DNA of 64,000 nt from NCBI GenBank assembly GCA_014762645.1, contig JABURP010000067.1, positions 10,926 to 74,925 on the forward strand. Direction: 5' to 3'. The notes under the pieces were generated by a model, which saw only the letters and a program-made list of their open reading frames with translations, made no database searches and had not been told where the DNA came from. Shown piece after piece: positions 8,633 to 17,475 of this stretch (position 1 is the stretch's first letter; each line of letters starts with the position of its first letter). The stretch comes from Crocinitomicaceae bacterium (GTDB lineage: Bacteria > Bacteroidota > Bacteroidia > Flavobacteriales_D > Crocinitomicaceae). The position numbers were made by a program, and so were the translations under genes.

Positions 8633-11600
8633 ATAAAGAACATACCGACCTTGACGAATATAAAAAATTCGTTAGAGAGCAGCTAGAGGCGTTGTTCCCT
8701 GTCTTTGCTTCGGCAGCTGTGGGAGATTTCTCTCGTAATGTGTCTATTCCTGCTGAAGAAGATGAATTTTCAGAAATTCGGGTGGGTATCCAGGTGATGC
8801 TGGAAGTTATTCGTGATAAAATTGCTGAACTTGAAGAATGGAACGATAAACTTCAGGCAACCGTTTATGACAAAACAAAAGCACTCAACGAGGCACAGTA
8901 TCTTGCTCATATTGGAAGTTGGGAATGGGATGTCCACAATAATAAAATTACCTGGTCCAATGAATTGTACCGTATTTACGGTCTAACCCCACAGGAAAAA
9001 GAAATTGACTTCGAAGTTTTTCTTGAGATGATTCACCCCGAAAGTAGAGAGATGGTTCAAAATGTTATTAATGAGGCATATGAGTCTGGTAAGCCCTTTA
9101 ATTTCTACCATAAAATTATTAAAAAAGATGGAAGCGAGCGGATTCTACATGGTCGCGGTAAAGTAATTCTCAATGAAAAGAAAGAACCCGTAAAAATGCT
9201 GGGAACCGCCCAGGATGTAACAGAGTTAAAACTCGCCGAAGCCCAGTTAATTAATGCTAAAAAAGATCTCTCTGCAAAAGTTGAACAGCGAACAAAAAAA
9301 ATAGGACAGGTATTGCAAGACCTCCGTGAAGAAATGGAGCAGCGCAAGCAAGCGCAAGAAGAAGCTGAAAAACTGGCAACCATAGTTGAAACTTCTAACG
9401 ATTCCATATTAAGTAAAACCCTGGATGGGAAAATATTGAGTTGGAACAAGGCTTCAGAAAAACTTTATGGTTACAAAGCCAAAGAAATTATTGGAAAGAA
9501 CGTATTAACCATTGTTCCTCCGGATAAGAGGAAGGAACACAAAGAGATCATGCGTAAATTAAAAATGGGTAAGGGACTTAAAAGCTTTCGTACTACGCGA
9601 CTCTCAAAAAGTGGTGAAATTATATATATCAGTCTCACCTTATCCCCAATACATGACAAAAAGGGAAAGGTAATCGGAGCTTCAAGTATTGCTAAAGATA
9701 TTTCTGAAAGGGTGAAAGCCCAGGAGCAGTTAAAAGAAAGCCAGGAACGACTTTCCAGCTTTATGAATGCTGCTAAAGACATTTTTGTCATTATTGATAA
9801 GGACCTTAACCTAAAAGACATTAACAAAGCTGGTTTAAAGTTACTCCGATCACGCTCTAAAAAGAAACTGGTAGGTCAACCTGCTGACAAGATATTGTCC
9901 ATGTTTGACAAACGTTTCCGAGCTAAAACTTTTAAAGAAACCTTAAAAAGTGGCAAGCCTCAAAAATTTGAAGAAGCAATCGTTGACCTCAAAGGAAACC
10001 AACGCCATTACATTACAGATGTCTTTAGGATCGATAATGGTTTGGGTGTGATTAGTCGTGATATTACCAAACAAAAACACTACGAAACAGAACTCAACGA
10101 GAGCGAAAGAAAATACAGAACGCTGGTTGAAACCATGAATGAAGGTATCGTCATGGTGAACAAATCCAAAGAAATTGAATTTGTAAATGATGCTTTTTGC
10201 AATTGGTTTGGCTATCGTCAAAAAGAACTAATTGGTAAAAAATTACATTCACTTGTAGAGAGTGATAACAAATCCAAACAAAAAGAAATTGACCGTAAAT
10301 CACTATCCAAACCACAACAATACGAAATTGAAATGCGTGGCAAAGACAATCGCAGCATGTGGATGCTTGTCAACAGTGCCCCAATTTATGATGAAGATGG
10401 AAGCAGCATTGGTTCGGTGGGACTCTATACCGACATCAGTCAACGAAAAAAATACGAAGCCGAACTGGATCTTTTAGCAAAATTCCCTGCAGAAGACCCC
10501 AACCCGGTATTGCGTTTCTCAATGAACGATCGTGTGCTCACCTATGTCAACAAAGCTGCAAAACATTTTATCAACTTTTTTGAAGGAGAAAGGGAGTTGC
10601 GCAAGAAATGGATGAACATAATAAACGAGGTTTACAAGGGAGGTAAAGTAGTTAAAGAAGAATTGGTGGTAAATGAACGTATTTACTTAATTACCATGGT
10701 TCCGATCAAGGAAGGAAAGTATATCAATTTTTACGGAACAGATATTACCACAGCAAAAAAAGCCGAAGAAGAGATTAGAAGGTTATTATTTGTTCTTGGA
10801 CAAACAGATAACTCTATTGTTATTGCTGATTCCAAAGGATATATTCAGTGGGTAAATGCAGCCTTTGAAAAAACAACCGGTTATTCGCTGGAAGATGTTA
10901 AAGGAACTCACGGAGAAAAGCTGCGACACGGAAAACGAACAGGTTTGGATATCGAGCATCCATCCTATAAAAAGATGCTTAAAACACGTAAATCTGTGTC
11001 TTATGAAAGCAAGAACTATACAAAATCAGGAGAAGAATACTGGTCGTTAACCAACCTAACACCTGTGCTTGCAGAAGATGGAGGAATTGAAGGAATTGTA
11101 GCGGTAGATACTGACGTAACAGAAAAAAAGAGAGCCGAACACGCTATGCTACACGCTAAAAGGCTTGCCGAAGTTTCATCCAAAGCCAAAGAACGCTTTT
11201 TGGCTAATATGAGTCACGAGATACGTACCCCCATGAATGCTATAATGGGGATCATTCAATTACTACAGGAAACGAATGTAGATGAACAACAAAAAGAATA
11301 TCTCCGATCCATAGATTTTGCCGGTGAAAATTTACTGCGTATTATCAATGATGTCCTTGACCTCTCAAAGATTGAATCTGGTAAGTTAAGCGTGGAAGAA
11401 ATTCCGTTCAATCCAAAATACATCTTAAATGACCTGGTCAACTCCATGAGTCACCGGGCACATGAAAACAATATTGAACTTCGGTTGGAACTTGATGAGG
11501 AAATCCCTGAAAATATTATGGGAGACCCGGTACGTGTCAATCAAATTCTCATAAACTTGGTGGGCAACGCCATTAAGTTTACAGATGAAGGACACGTAAA

Positions 11601-12300
11601 ACTAACGGTCCGTCTCCTTGAAGAAAAAGACAATAAATGCAAATTGAGTTTTGCTGTTGAAGATACCGGAATTGGTATCCCGGAAAAATTACAAAATCAA
11701 ATCTTTCAGGAATTTGAGCAGGCTCAGAATGAAACTACCCGAAAAAAAGGAGGAACCGGTCTTGGACTGGCCATTGTACGTAGACTAGTAAGGTTGATGG
11801 ACGGTAAACTAAGCCTTCAAAGCAAGGCAGGTGAAGGATCGGTGTTCACGATTGAATTACCGTTTAAAAAGGCAGAAAAAGATCAATCCCAGGGAAATTT
11901 TGTTGGCGAAGGTTTAAAAAATAGCGGCCAGTTAGAAGGTAAGCGAATCCTATTGGTGGAAGATAATAAACTCAACCAAATGGTTGCTGAAAAATTCCTT
12001 ATTTCAATGGGCCTTGAGGTTGAAATTGCCGGTGACGGAAGTGAAGCGATTAAACTACTCAAAGATAATAAGTACGACGCTATTCTTATGGATATAAGAA
12101 TGCCGGAAATGGATGGGTACATGGCCACCCAGTACATCCGAAAAAAAATGAAATCTAAAATCCCAATAATGGCCATGACGGCGCATGCGCTAAACAAAGA
12201 AGAAAAAAAGTGTTTTAAGGTAGGCATGAATGACTACATTACTAAACCCTTGAAGAAACAACGCCTGTTTGAAAAGATTGTTGAACTCGTTAAAAAATAA
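8623..12300 (+). CDS. Hybrid sensor histidine kinase with about six PAS-type modules, HisKA, HATPase_c and a C-terminal REC
   Basis: Repeated PAS cores (IGSWEWDV..ITWSNELYRIYG, ILSWNKASEKLYGYKAKEIIGKN, IEFVNDAFCNWFGYRQKELIGKK, IQWVNAAFEKTTGYSLEDVKG). H-box FLANMSHEIRTPMNAI, then N, G1 and G2 boxes. REC ILLVEDNKLNQ, AILMDIRMPEMDG. Confidence 0.92.
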   Translation: MEIDKEHTDLDEYKKFVREQLEALFPVFASAAVGDFSRNVSIPAEEDEFSEIRVGIQVMLEVIRDKIAELEEWNDKLQATVYDKTKALNEAQYLAHIGSWEWDVHNNKITWSNELYRIYGLTPQEKEIDFEVFLEMIHPESREMVQNVINEAYESGKPFNFYHKIIKKDGSERILHGRGKVILNEKKEPVKMLGTAQDVTELKLAEAQLINAKKDLSAKVEQRTKKIGQVLQDLREEMEQRKQAQEEAEKLATIVETSNDSILSKTLDGKILSWNKASEKLYGYKAKEIIGKNVLTIVPPDKRKEHKEIMRKLKMGKGLKSFRTTRLSKSGEIIYISLTLSPIHDKKGKVIGASSIAKDISERVKAQEQLKESQERLSSFMNAAKDIFVIIDKDLNLKDINKAGLKLLRSRSKKKLVGQPADKILSMFDKRFRAKTFKETLKSGKPQKFEEAIVDLKGNQRHYITDVFRIDNGLGVISRDITKQKHYETELNESERKYRTLVETMNEGIVMVNKSKEIEFVNDAFCNWFGYRQKELIGKKLHSLVESDNKSKQKEIDRKSLSKPQQYEIEMRGKDNRSMWMLVNSAPIYDEDGSSIGSVGLYTDISQRKKYEAELDLLAKFPAEDPNPVLRFSMNDRVLTYVNKAAKHFINFFEGERELRKKWMNIINEVYKGGKVVKEELVVNERIYLITMVPIKEGKYINFYGTDITTAKKAEEEIRRLLFVLGQTDNSIVIADSKGYIQWVNAAFEKTTGYSLEDVKGTHGEKLRHGKRTGLDIEHPSYKKMLKTRKSVSYESKNYTKSGEEYWSLTNLTPVLAEDGGIEGIVAVDTDVTEKKRAEHAMLHAKRLAEVSSKAKERFLANMSHEIRTPMNAIMGIIQLLQETNVDEQQKEYLRSIDFAGENLLRIINDVLDLSKIESGKLSVEEIPFNPKYILNDLVNSMSHRAHENNIELRLELDEEIPENIMGDPVRVNQILINLVGNAIKFTDEGHVKLTVRLLEEKDNKCKLSFAVEDTGIGIPEKLQNQIFQEFEQAQNETTRKKGGTGLGLAIVRRLVRLMDGKLSLQSKAGEGSVFTIELPFKKAEKDQSQGNFVGEGLKNSGQLEGKRILLVEDNKLNQMVAEKFLISMGLEVEIAGDGSEAIKLLKDNKYDAILMDIRMPEMDGYMATQYIRKKMKSKIPIMAMTAHALNKEEKKCFKVGMNDYITKPLKKQRLFEKIVELVKK

Positions 12301-12306
12301 GAAGGT

Positions 12307-12651
12307 ATGTTAAGTGTTGAAGACTTGAAGAAATATTTGGACTGTGATGATGATTTCATTGTAACACTCATCAATAACTTCCTTGAAGAATCAAAGGAAA
12401 TGATGGATAAGATGAACAGTGGGTTAAAATCTCTGGACCGTAAAGCAATTGGATCAGCGGCACATAAAATGTTAAGCTCTACCCGTATTTTGAAACTGGA
12501 CGATTTAACGAGTGAATTAGTAAACCTGGAAAAAGCTATACATGAAGGTGCCAAGAATTCTAAAATTGAAAAACACGTTGAGGAAATCAATTCGCGTTAC
12601 GAAACACTCAAGATAGAAGTGAAATCAATCCGGGATGAATTGAAGGGCTAG
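12307..12651 (+). CDS. Stand-alone HPt phosphotransfer protein
   Basis: 114 aa helical protein with AAHKMLSSTRILKLD (HPt His helix), directly after the hybrid kinase. Confidence 0.7.
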   Translation: MLSVEDLKKYLDCDDDFIVTLINNFLEESKEMMDKMNSGLKSLDRKAIGSAAHKMLSSTRILKLDDLTSELVNLEKAIHEGAKNSKIEKHVEEINSRYETLKIEVKSIRDELKG

Positions 12652-12657
12652 TTTATT

Positions 12658-14262
12658 CTACTCAATAAATAACCTGCGTTTAATAAGTCGATCTCCTGTA
12701 TTATAAATAATATAATATTTCCCTTTTTCAAACAGTTTTAAATCCAATGTAAGTGTGTTTTCATCTACCGCAGGGTAATGTTCCGTTGTGTAAACTTCTC
12801 TACCGATAAAATCATATATCGATATATCACCACCGTTCAGGGTTTTATCAAAAACAACATTGAATTCTCCATTAGATGGGTTCGGATAAATAAACATCTC
12901 CTCCGGCGCCGGTTCTACTGCATAAGTGCTCAGTTGACCAATGGCCACCAACAACGTTTTATAGGCATTGATTCTCCCCGCTCCTAATTGACCTTCGTAT
13001 CCAGAATTCAATTGATCAATTGGATCACATCCATTTTCAATAAATGTCTTCACATCCTGAGCGGATGCTCCAGGTTCAAGTGACATCACTAAACCAGCAA
13101 GTGCTGCAACCACCGGGCTTGCCATAGATGTACCACTTAGATAGCCGTAAGAATTTTGACCTTCAACAAGTGTACTTTCAATACCTAATCCCGGTGCCAT
13201 AACATCTACCCAGCTACCGTAGTTTGAAAAACCTGCTCGCATGTCATTTTGATCCGTTGCTCCTACTGAAAATACATAAGAATATCCAGCAGGATAATGC
13301 ATTGCAGAGGTATCTGAGTTACCCGCAGCAGCCACCATTAAGATGCCCTGTGCTTGCGCCTGACTTACCAGTAAATCCCATGTTAAAAATGAGTCTGAAC
13401 TACCAAATGACATGTTGATTATATCTGCACCTGCAGATATTGCATAATCAACCCCTTCATAAGCATGTGTCAAATAAGTACCGTCACCGGCGTCTTCCGA
13501 ACACTTTACAGGGATTATTGATATGGAGTATCCCAAAGAAGAAACACCCATGCCGTTGTCAGTTGTTGCTGAAACAATTCCGGCTACGTGTGTTCCGTGA
13601 ATAAATTGACTGGTATTTACAGTGCCTACCGGTGGACGCGGATCATTATCATCATCTGCCACATCATATCCATTTATATCATCCGCATAACCATTTAGAT
13701 CATCATCTAAAGTATTTCCAGGATTTTCATTGGGATTGTTGTAAATATTTGCCTGAAGATCTTCATGATCAATTGCCACTGCATTATCTACAACGGCAAC
13801 TTTTACTGAAGAAGATCCGGTAGTAAGGTTCCAGGCATCCGGCGCTTGTATTTTATCAAGATACCATTGACTACTCGAATTATAATCATTTGGAACAAGG
13901 TCCAAATTATAGATTGGGGCTTTTTCTGCATACTCAACAAATGGCAGTGCTTCCAAATCACTAATTATAGAATTAGCCGATATAATATCATCAAAAGCAA
14001 ACCTGTATACCTTTTGTAGTGATGCATTTGGGGTTTTAAACGGTTTCTTTATTTCGTATACCGAATAATTTGCCACAATTTGATCAAGATCCGGAATACC
14101 ACCCGCATAGTTTGATAAGTCTACTGCGCTGGTGTCTTCAACCTTCATGTAAATCACCCCATCTAAAAAATTGGGTTCAACCAATTGGGCGAAACTATGA
14201 CTGATAGATAACAACAGTGCCAGTATACTACTTACAATAACTTTAGGTAAAAATCTCTTCAT
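12658..14262 (-). CDS. Secreted subtilisin-like serine protease (S8) with T9SS C-terminal sorting domain
   Basis: Signal peptide, catalytic triad motifs (VAVVDNAV, HGTHVAGI, GTSMASP), C-terminal IYPNPSNGEFNV...ISIYDFIGREV...GKYYI type CTD. Confidence 0.9.
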   Translation of the reverse strand: MKRFLPKVIVSSILALLLSISHSFAQLVEPNFLDGVIYMKVEDTSAVDLSNYAGGIPDLDQIVANYSVYEIKKPFKTPNASLQKVYRFAFDDIISANSIISDLEALPFVEYAEKAPIYNLDLVPNDYNSSSQWYLDKIQAPDAWNLTTGSSSVKVAVVDNAVAIDHEDLQANIYNNPNENPGNTLDDDLNGYADDINGYDVADDDNDPRPPVGTVNTSQFIHGTHVAGIVSATTDNGMGVSSLGYSISIIPVKCSEDAGDGTYLTHAYEGVDYAISAGADIINMSFGSSDSFLTWDLLVSQAQAQGILMVAAAGNSDTSAMHYPAGYSYVFSVGATDQNDMRAGFSNYGSWVDVMAPGLGIESTLVEGQNSYGYLSGTSMASPVVAALAGLVMSLEPGASAQDVKTFIENGCDPIDQLNSGYEGQLGAGRINAYKTLLVAIGQLSTYAVEPAPEEMFIYPNPSNGEFNVVFDKTLNGGDISIYDFIGREVYTTEHYPAVDENTLTLDLKLFEKGKYYIIYNTGDRLIKRRLFIE

Positions 14263-14310
14263 ATCCTTCTCTTTTAGTAATCATTCATAAATAACCGATC
14301 TACTCCTAAT

Positions 14311-14748
14311 TTAGGATGCAACTCTCGGCTTATTCAATTCGGCATCCAGCGCTTTTTGTATAGCAGAACCAATTCGGTTTTTCGTAGATACCGTTTTATC
14401 GATATAATCGAAAACACCTTTTCTCATTAATTCTGCGGTTACGTGCGCACTCTGTTGTTCACTTACCACAATAACTTTACAATCATCACAATACTCCCTG
14501 ACGATTTCAAATACGTCCAGACCATTGAGCTCTTCGTTTGATAAGTTGTGATCAAGTATCATAATCGTTGTATCCTTCTCCAACTTCTCAATGCAGTCTT
14601 CAGGATCCTTGTATGATTTAATATCAAAATCAAGGTCGAGATAAACCGCTCCATTGCAGATATTTTTTATATATCTGTTCAGTGCTTTGTTGTAGTAATC
14701 ATCATCTTCAAGAATGACAACTTTGATTATTTTCTTTCTAAACTTCAT
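14311..14748 (-). CDS. Stand-alone receiver protein
   Basis: VVILEDDDYYNKAL, IMILDHNLSNEELNG, VIVVSEQQ. Confidence 0.8.
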   Translation of the reverse strand: MKFRKKIIKVVILEDDDYYNKALNRYIKNICNGAVYLDLDFDIKSYKDPEDCIEKLEKDTTIMILDHNLSNEELNGLDVFEIVREYCDDCKVIVVSEQQSAHVTAELMRKGVFDYIDKTVSTKNRIGSAIQKALDAELNKPRVAS

Positions 14749-14775
14749 AGTGCATGTATTTTCTATATAATAACG

Positions 14776-14791
14776 TGCTATAACAGTGCCA
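14776..14791 (-). promoter_or_regulatory. Sigma-54-type -24/-12 promoter (minus-strand TGGCAC-N5-TAGCA)
   Basis: Plus strand reads TGCTA-TAACA-GTGCCA. GG/GC spacing is canonical. It lies 28 bp upstream of the start at 14748. Confidence 0.55.
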
Positions 14792-14857
14792 ACAAGGCGC
14801 CTAAAGTCGTAACTTGCTGTTTATCAATATGTTTTAAGAAATGACTGAAAAGAGATA

Positions 14858-14872
14858 TTTTCATTTTGAAAA
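14858..14872. promoter_or_regulatory. Candidate enhancer palindrome TTTTCA-TTT-TGAAAA
   Basis: Perfect 6+3+6 inverted repeat about 75 bp upstream of the GG of the 14776 promoter. Confidence 0.5.
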
Positions 14873-14877
14873 AATAT

Positions 14878-14892
14878 TTTTCAGTATTGACG
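14878..14892. promoter_or_regulatory. Degenerate second copy of the enhancer repeat (TTTTCA-GTA-TTGACG)
   Basis: Left half-site intact; centre is 20 bp from the 14858 palindrome. Confidence 0.3.
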
Positions 14893-14918
14893 GAGTGTGT
14901 ATCAGAAGATTGCCGGGC

Positions 14919-15290
14919 CTAATGCGGTGTTTGCGTATTTTCCAACTCTTTAAGTACCTCTTCCAAAGAGATCATAAGGTTACTTTTCAAGCTTTTCCAG
15001 GTGATTTCAAGTTTCTCGGTATCGTTTTCACGCCCCATTTTCTCTATTAACTTAAGATCTTTATAGACTTCATTTGCCTGCATGTGCATGAAAGAAGAAC
15101 AAAGTTTATGCGCGCTATCGGCCATCTTATCGAAGTTTTTTTGCCGCATGTTTTTCTCAATATCAACTAAACCTCTTTTGCATCCATCCCTAAAGGTCTG
15201 TAGCATATCAACATAAAACTCCTGATCTCCTTCACTCAATTCCCGGAGATTTGAAAAATCTAATATTTTCTCAGGAACTCTCGCACTCAT
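14919..15290 (-). CDS. Stand-alone HPt phosphotransfer protein
   Basis: 123 aa helical protein with SAHKLCSSFMHMQA His helix. Confidence 0.65.
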   Translation of the reverse strand: MSARVPEKILDFSNLRELSEGDQEFYVDMLQTFRDGCKRGLVDIEKNMRQKNFDKMADSAHKLCSSFMHMQANEVYKDLKLIEKMGRENDTEKLEITWKSLKSNLMISLEEVLKELENTQTPH

Positions 15291-15322
15291 ATTTATGTCT
15301 TATTGGTTCAATTTCTCATGGT

Positions 15323-15730
15323 TCAGTCACCATTATTAAGGGCTAGTAATTCTTTAACAGTTTCCTGTAGTTGTTCAAATAAATTATCTGAATCTTTATG
15401 TATGATGGCATCAAACTCCATTGTTTTAAGTTCACTAAGGGTTTTCTCATCATTGATGCCCGTTAACATAATAACCGGAATTTCTAATCCTTCAGAACGG
15501 ATATGTTTAAGTACATCAGCGCCATTCATTGCGCCGGTATCTTTGGTATCAAGAATATAATCCAGGATAATTAGTTTAGGTTTGTCCACGGACAATTGCT
15601 GAATCATTAACTCGCCGGTTTGAAAATCCTGCACGGTTAAATCACCAATACCCTGAATTACGGCAGATAGAATATTTGAAACTGTCGTACTATCATCTAC
15701 CAGAAATATGAATCCGTTCTCTTTCATCAT
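15323..15730 (-). CDS. CheY-like stand-alone receiver protein
   Basis: FIFLVDDSTTV, LIILDYILDTKDTGAMNG, VIMLTG, IHK. Confidence 0.8.
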   Translation of the reverse strand: MMKENGFIFLVDDSTTVSNILSAVIQGIGDLTVQDFQTGELMIQQLSVDKPKLIILDYILDTKDTGAMNGADVLKHIRSEGLEIPVIMLTGINDEKTLSELKTMEFDAIIHKDSDNLFEQLQETVKELLALNNGD

Positions 15731-15748
15731 TTGCTTTGTTTTGTTGTC

Positions 15749-16189
15749 TTAGGCACTAAGCTGAATTTTTTGCTCTATCAGTGCACATGTTTTAAAGAGC
15801 AGGTCTTTATCACCTTTGAATAAAAAACCGGTGGCCCCTTTGTCAATAGTATGGTACGCCGTTAGATCAGTGTACTGTTGTGAAGTAACATAGACTTCAC
15901 AGTCTGGTTGATACTTCTTAAATTCAGGAATAAGATCTATTGCCGTACAATTATCGTCAAGATAATAATCTAAAAATGCAATGTCATACTTTTCCTTATC
16001 TAATTTTAATGTGGCCGGATCGTGTATAGCATTAATCCGCACAGTACAATCCGATTGGAAAATTGATGATCCCAACCTGCGTGTCAGCCATTTCTTAACA
16101 AAATCAACATAAAACTGATTGTCATCAATAATGGCAATTGAAATTAACTTTTTCTTTGATAACTCCATACTCTTCATATTTAAAATCAT
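15749..16189 (-). CDS. Stand-alone receiver protein (DYYL subtype)
   Basis: IAIIDDNQFYVDF, IAFLDYYLDD, VYVTSQQ. Confidence 0.75.
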   Translation of the reverse strand: MILNMKSMELSKKKLISIAIIDDNQFYVDFVKKWLTRRLGSSIFQSDCTVRINAIHDPATLKLDKEKYDIAFLDYYLDDNCTAIDLIPEFKKYQPDCEVYVTSQQYTDLTAYHTIDKGATGFLFKGDKDLLFKTCALIEQKIQLSA

Positions 16190-16209
16190 CCTTCAACTTT
16201 CCTTCTCTA

Positions 16210-16467
16210 CTATTTAAATACGAATGTTCTTTCGTGATTTTCCTTTTCAGGTAACTGGTCTTTAACCGGTTGAATAATGTCCTTTTGATCAGACTGGATG
16301 AGGTCCAAATATCTGTCTTCAAAAGCAGTAACTTTATGTTTCACTGCATTTTGGCCTTGTTTTTTATCTAATTGATACGAAATAACTGAGATTACCAGGA
16401 TAGCAATCATCAATATAATCATAGCTAAGGATAAGGCCACATATGCTAATAATCTTATATTTTTCAT
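16210..16467 (-). CDS. Small single-pass membrane protein, hypothetical
   Basis: 85 aa with an N-terminal TM helix (LLAYVALSLAMIILMIAILVISVI). First ORF after the sigma-54-type promoter. Confidence 0.45.
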   Translation of the reverse strand: MKNIRLLAYVALSLAMIILMIAILVISVISYQLDKKQGQNAVKHKVTAFEDRYLDLIQSDQKDIIQPVKDQLPEKENHERTFVFK

Positions 16468-16504
16468 GACGCTGATTTTTGAGGATTAATGCTAAACTTC
16501 TTAT

Positions 16505-16520
16505 TGCCAATTGAGTGCCA
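16505..16520 (-). promoter_or_regulatory. Sigma-54-type -24/-12 promoter (minus-strand TGGCAC-N5-TGGCA)
   Basis: Plus strand reads TGCCA-ATTGA-GTGCCA. It lies 38 bp upstream of the start at 16467. Confidence 0.55.
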
Positions 16521-16622
16521 TAAACCAGTCACTGCCCTAAAAATCAACACCTAAATCTTAATATTCAACGATTTAGGCAAATTTGCATGCCTGTACTAAA
16601 AAAGCGTTATTCTATCCAGATA

Positions 16623-16637
16623 TTTCCATTTTGAAAA
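16623..16637. promoter_or_regulatory. Candidate enhancer repeat TTTCCA-TTT-TGAAAA
   Basis: 11 of 12 palindromic positions match; about 111 bp upstream of the GG of the 16505 promoter. Confidence 0.45.
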
Positions 16638-16642
16638 TATAA

Positions 16643-16657
16643 TTTTCATTTTGAGTG
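16643..16657. promoter_or_regulatory. Degenerate enhancer repeat TTTTCA-TTT-TGAGTG
   Basis: Left half-site intact; centre is 20 bp from the 16623 repeat. Confidence 0.3.
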
Positions 16658-16747
16658 CCATAAAAAACAGGACGATATAACCCAAAAAAGGTATTCGAAA
16701 GGCTTACAGGGCCTACATTTTACAGAAATTGAATAGGTGATAAATTA

Positions 16748-17389
16748 TTAAGAATCTCCAAGAAAGTCAGCTTTTGCAACCAATAACTTTAGGGCATCCA
16801 TATCCTTAATGATCAATTTGTGTTGTTCACTCCGAACTATATTCTTGCTTTCCATATTACTTAGAACCTTCTTTGCGCGGCGTGAAGAAATATTAGAAAT
16901 TGACGCCATTTTATTTAAGTCGGGCTCCAAATAATATTGCTTCTTCTTAATACCTTCACTGCGCGTATTCAACATCATCATTGAAAGCAACCTTTTCGTT
17001 GCTGATGTTTCCCGAAGTATCTGGATCATGTTATCGACTTTGTTCAACTGACAAATTACTTGTTGCATGCATCTGGTAACCATTTGAGGTCGATCCATAA
17101 CAAATTGTTGCAGTTGTGACCTGTCAAATAATCTTACTTTCGTATCTGAAGTAGCCTGAAGGGAATAAAAAGAAGTGCTTTCATGCGAAAATAGCGGAAT
17201 CAAATCTACCGGTTCGTTGTTCGTTCGCAGGAGTACTGATCTGTTGTTTTTATTCAACACCAGACATCCGTGTTCAACAAAGGCGATTGAAGTTGAAATT
17301 TCCCCTTCGTCAAATAAGGTATCCCCTTTTTTCAATTCAATGGTTCTTGATTCTACAGAAGAAGTTATATCGTTCAAAAGCGTTTCCAA
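16748..17389 (-). CDS. Crp/Fnr-family regulator without a Cys cluster and with a divergent HTH (TTG start as listed)
   Basis: cNMP-binding-like beta-roll (KKGDTLFDEGEISTSIAFVEHGCLVL). C-terminal HTH ISNISSRRAKKVLSNM. No in-frame ATG near the 5' end. Confidence 0.65.
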   Translation of the reverse strand: METLLNDITSSVESRTIELKKGDTLFDEGEISTSIAFVEHGCLVLNKNNRSVLLRTNNEPVDLIPLFSHESTSFYSLQATSDTKVRLFDRSQLQQFVMDRPQMVTRCMQQVICQLNKVDNMIQILRETSATKRLLSMMMLNTRSEGIKKKQYYLEPDLNKMASISNISSRRAKKVLSNMESKNIVRSEQHKLIIKDMDALKLLVAKADFLGDS

Positions 17390-17445
17390 TTCTAATAAGG
17401 ATTTAACTTACTAGGCAAGTATACCAACTATATGAACCCAAAAAA

Positions 17446-17459
17446 ATGATTCATATCAT
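17446..17459. promoter_or_regulatory. FNR-type box ATGATTCATATCAT
   Basis: Perfect ATGAT-N4-ATCAT. A minus-strand -7-like TATACTTG (17416-17423) lies 33.5 bp from the dyad centre. Upstream of the Crp paralogue at 17389. Confidence 0.65.
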
Positions 17460-17475
17460 AGAAATAGAATCTAAA

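Noticed and set aside
16651-16664. A second copy of TTGAGTGCCATAAA, identical to 16511-16524, considered as a second sigma-54 promoter.
   Set aside because: It has a -24-like TGGCAC on the minus strand, but there is no GC at the -12 position. It overlaps the degenerate enhancer repeat, so it was not called a promoter.
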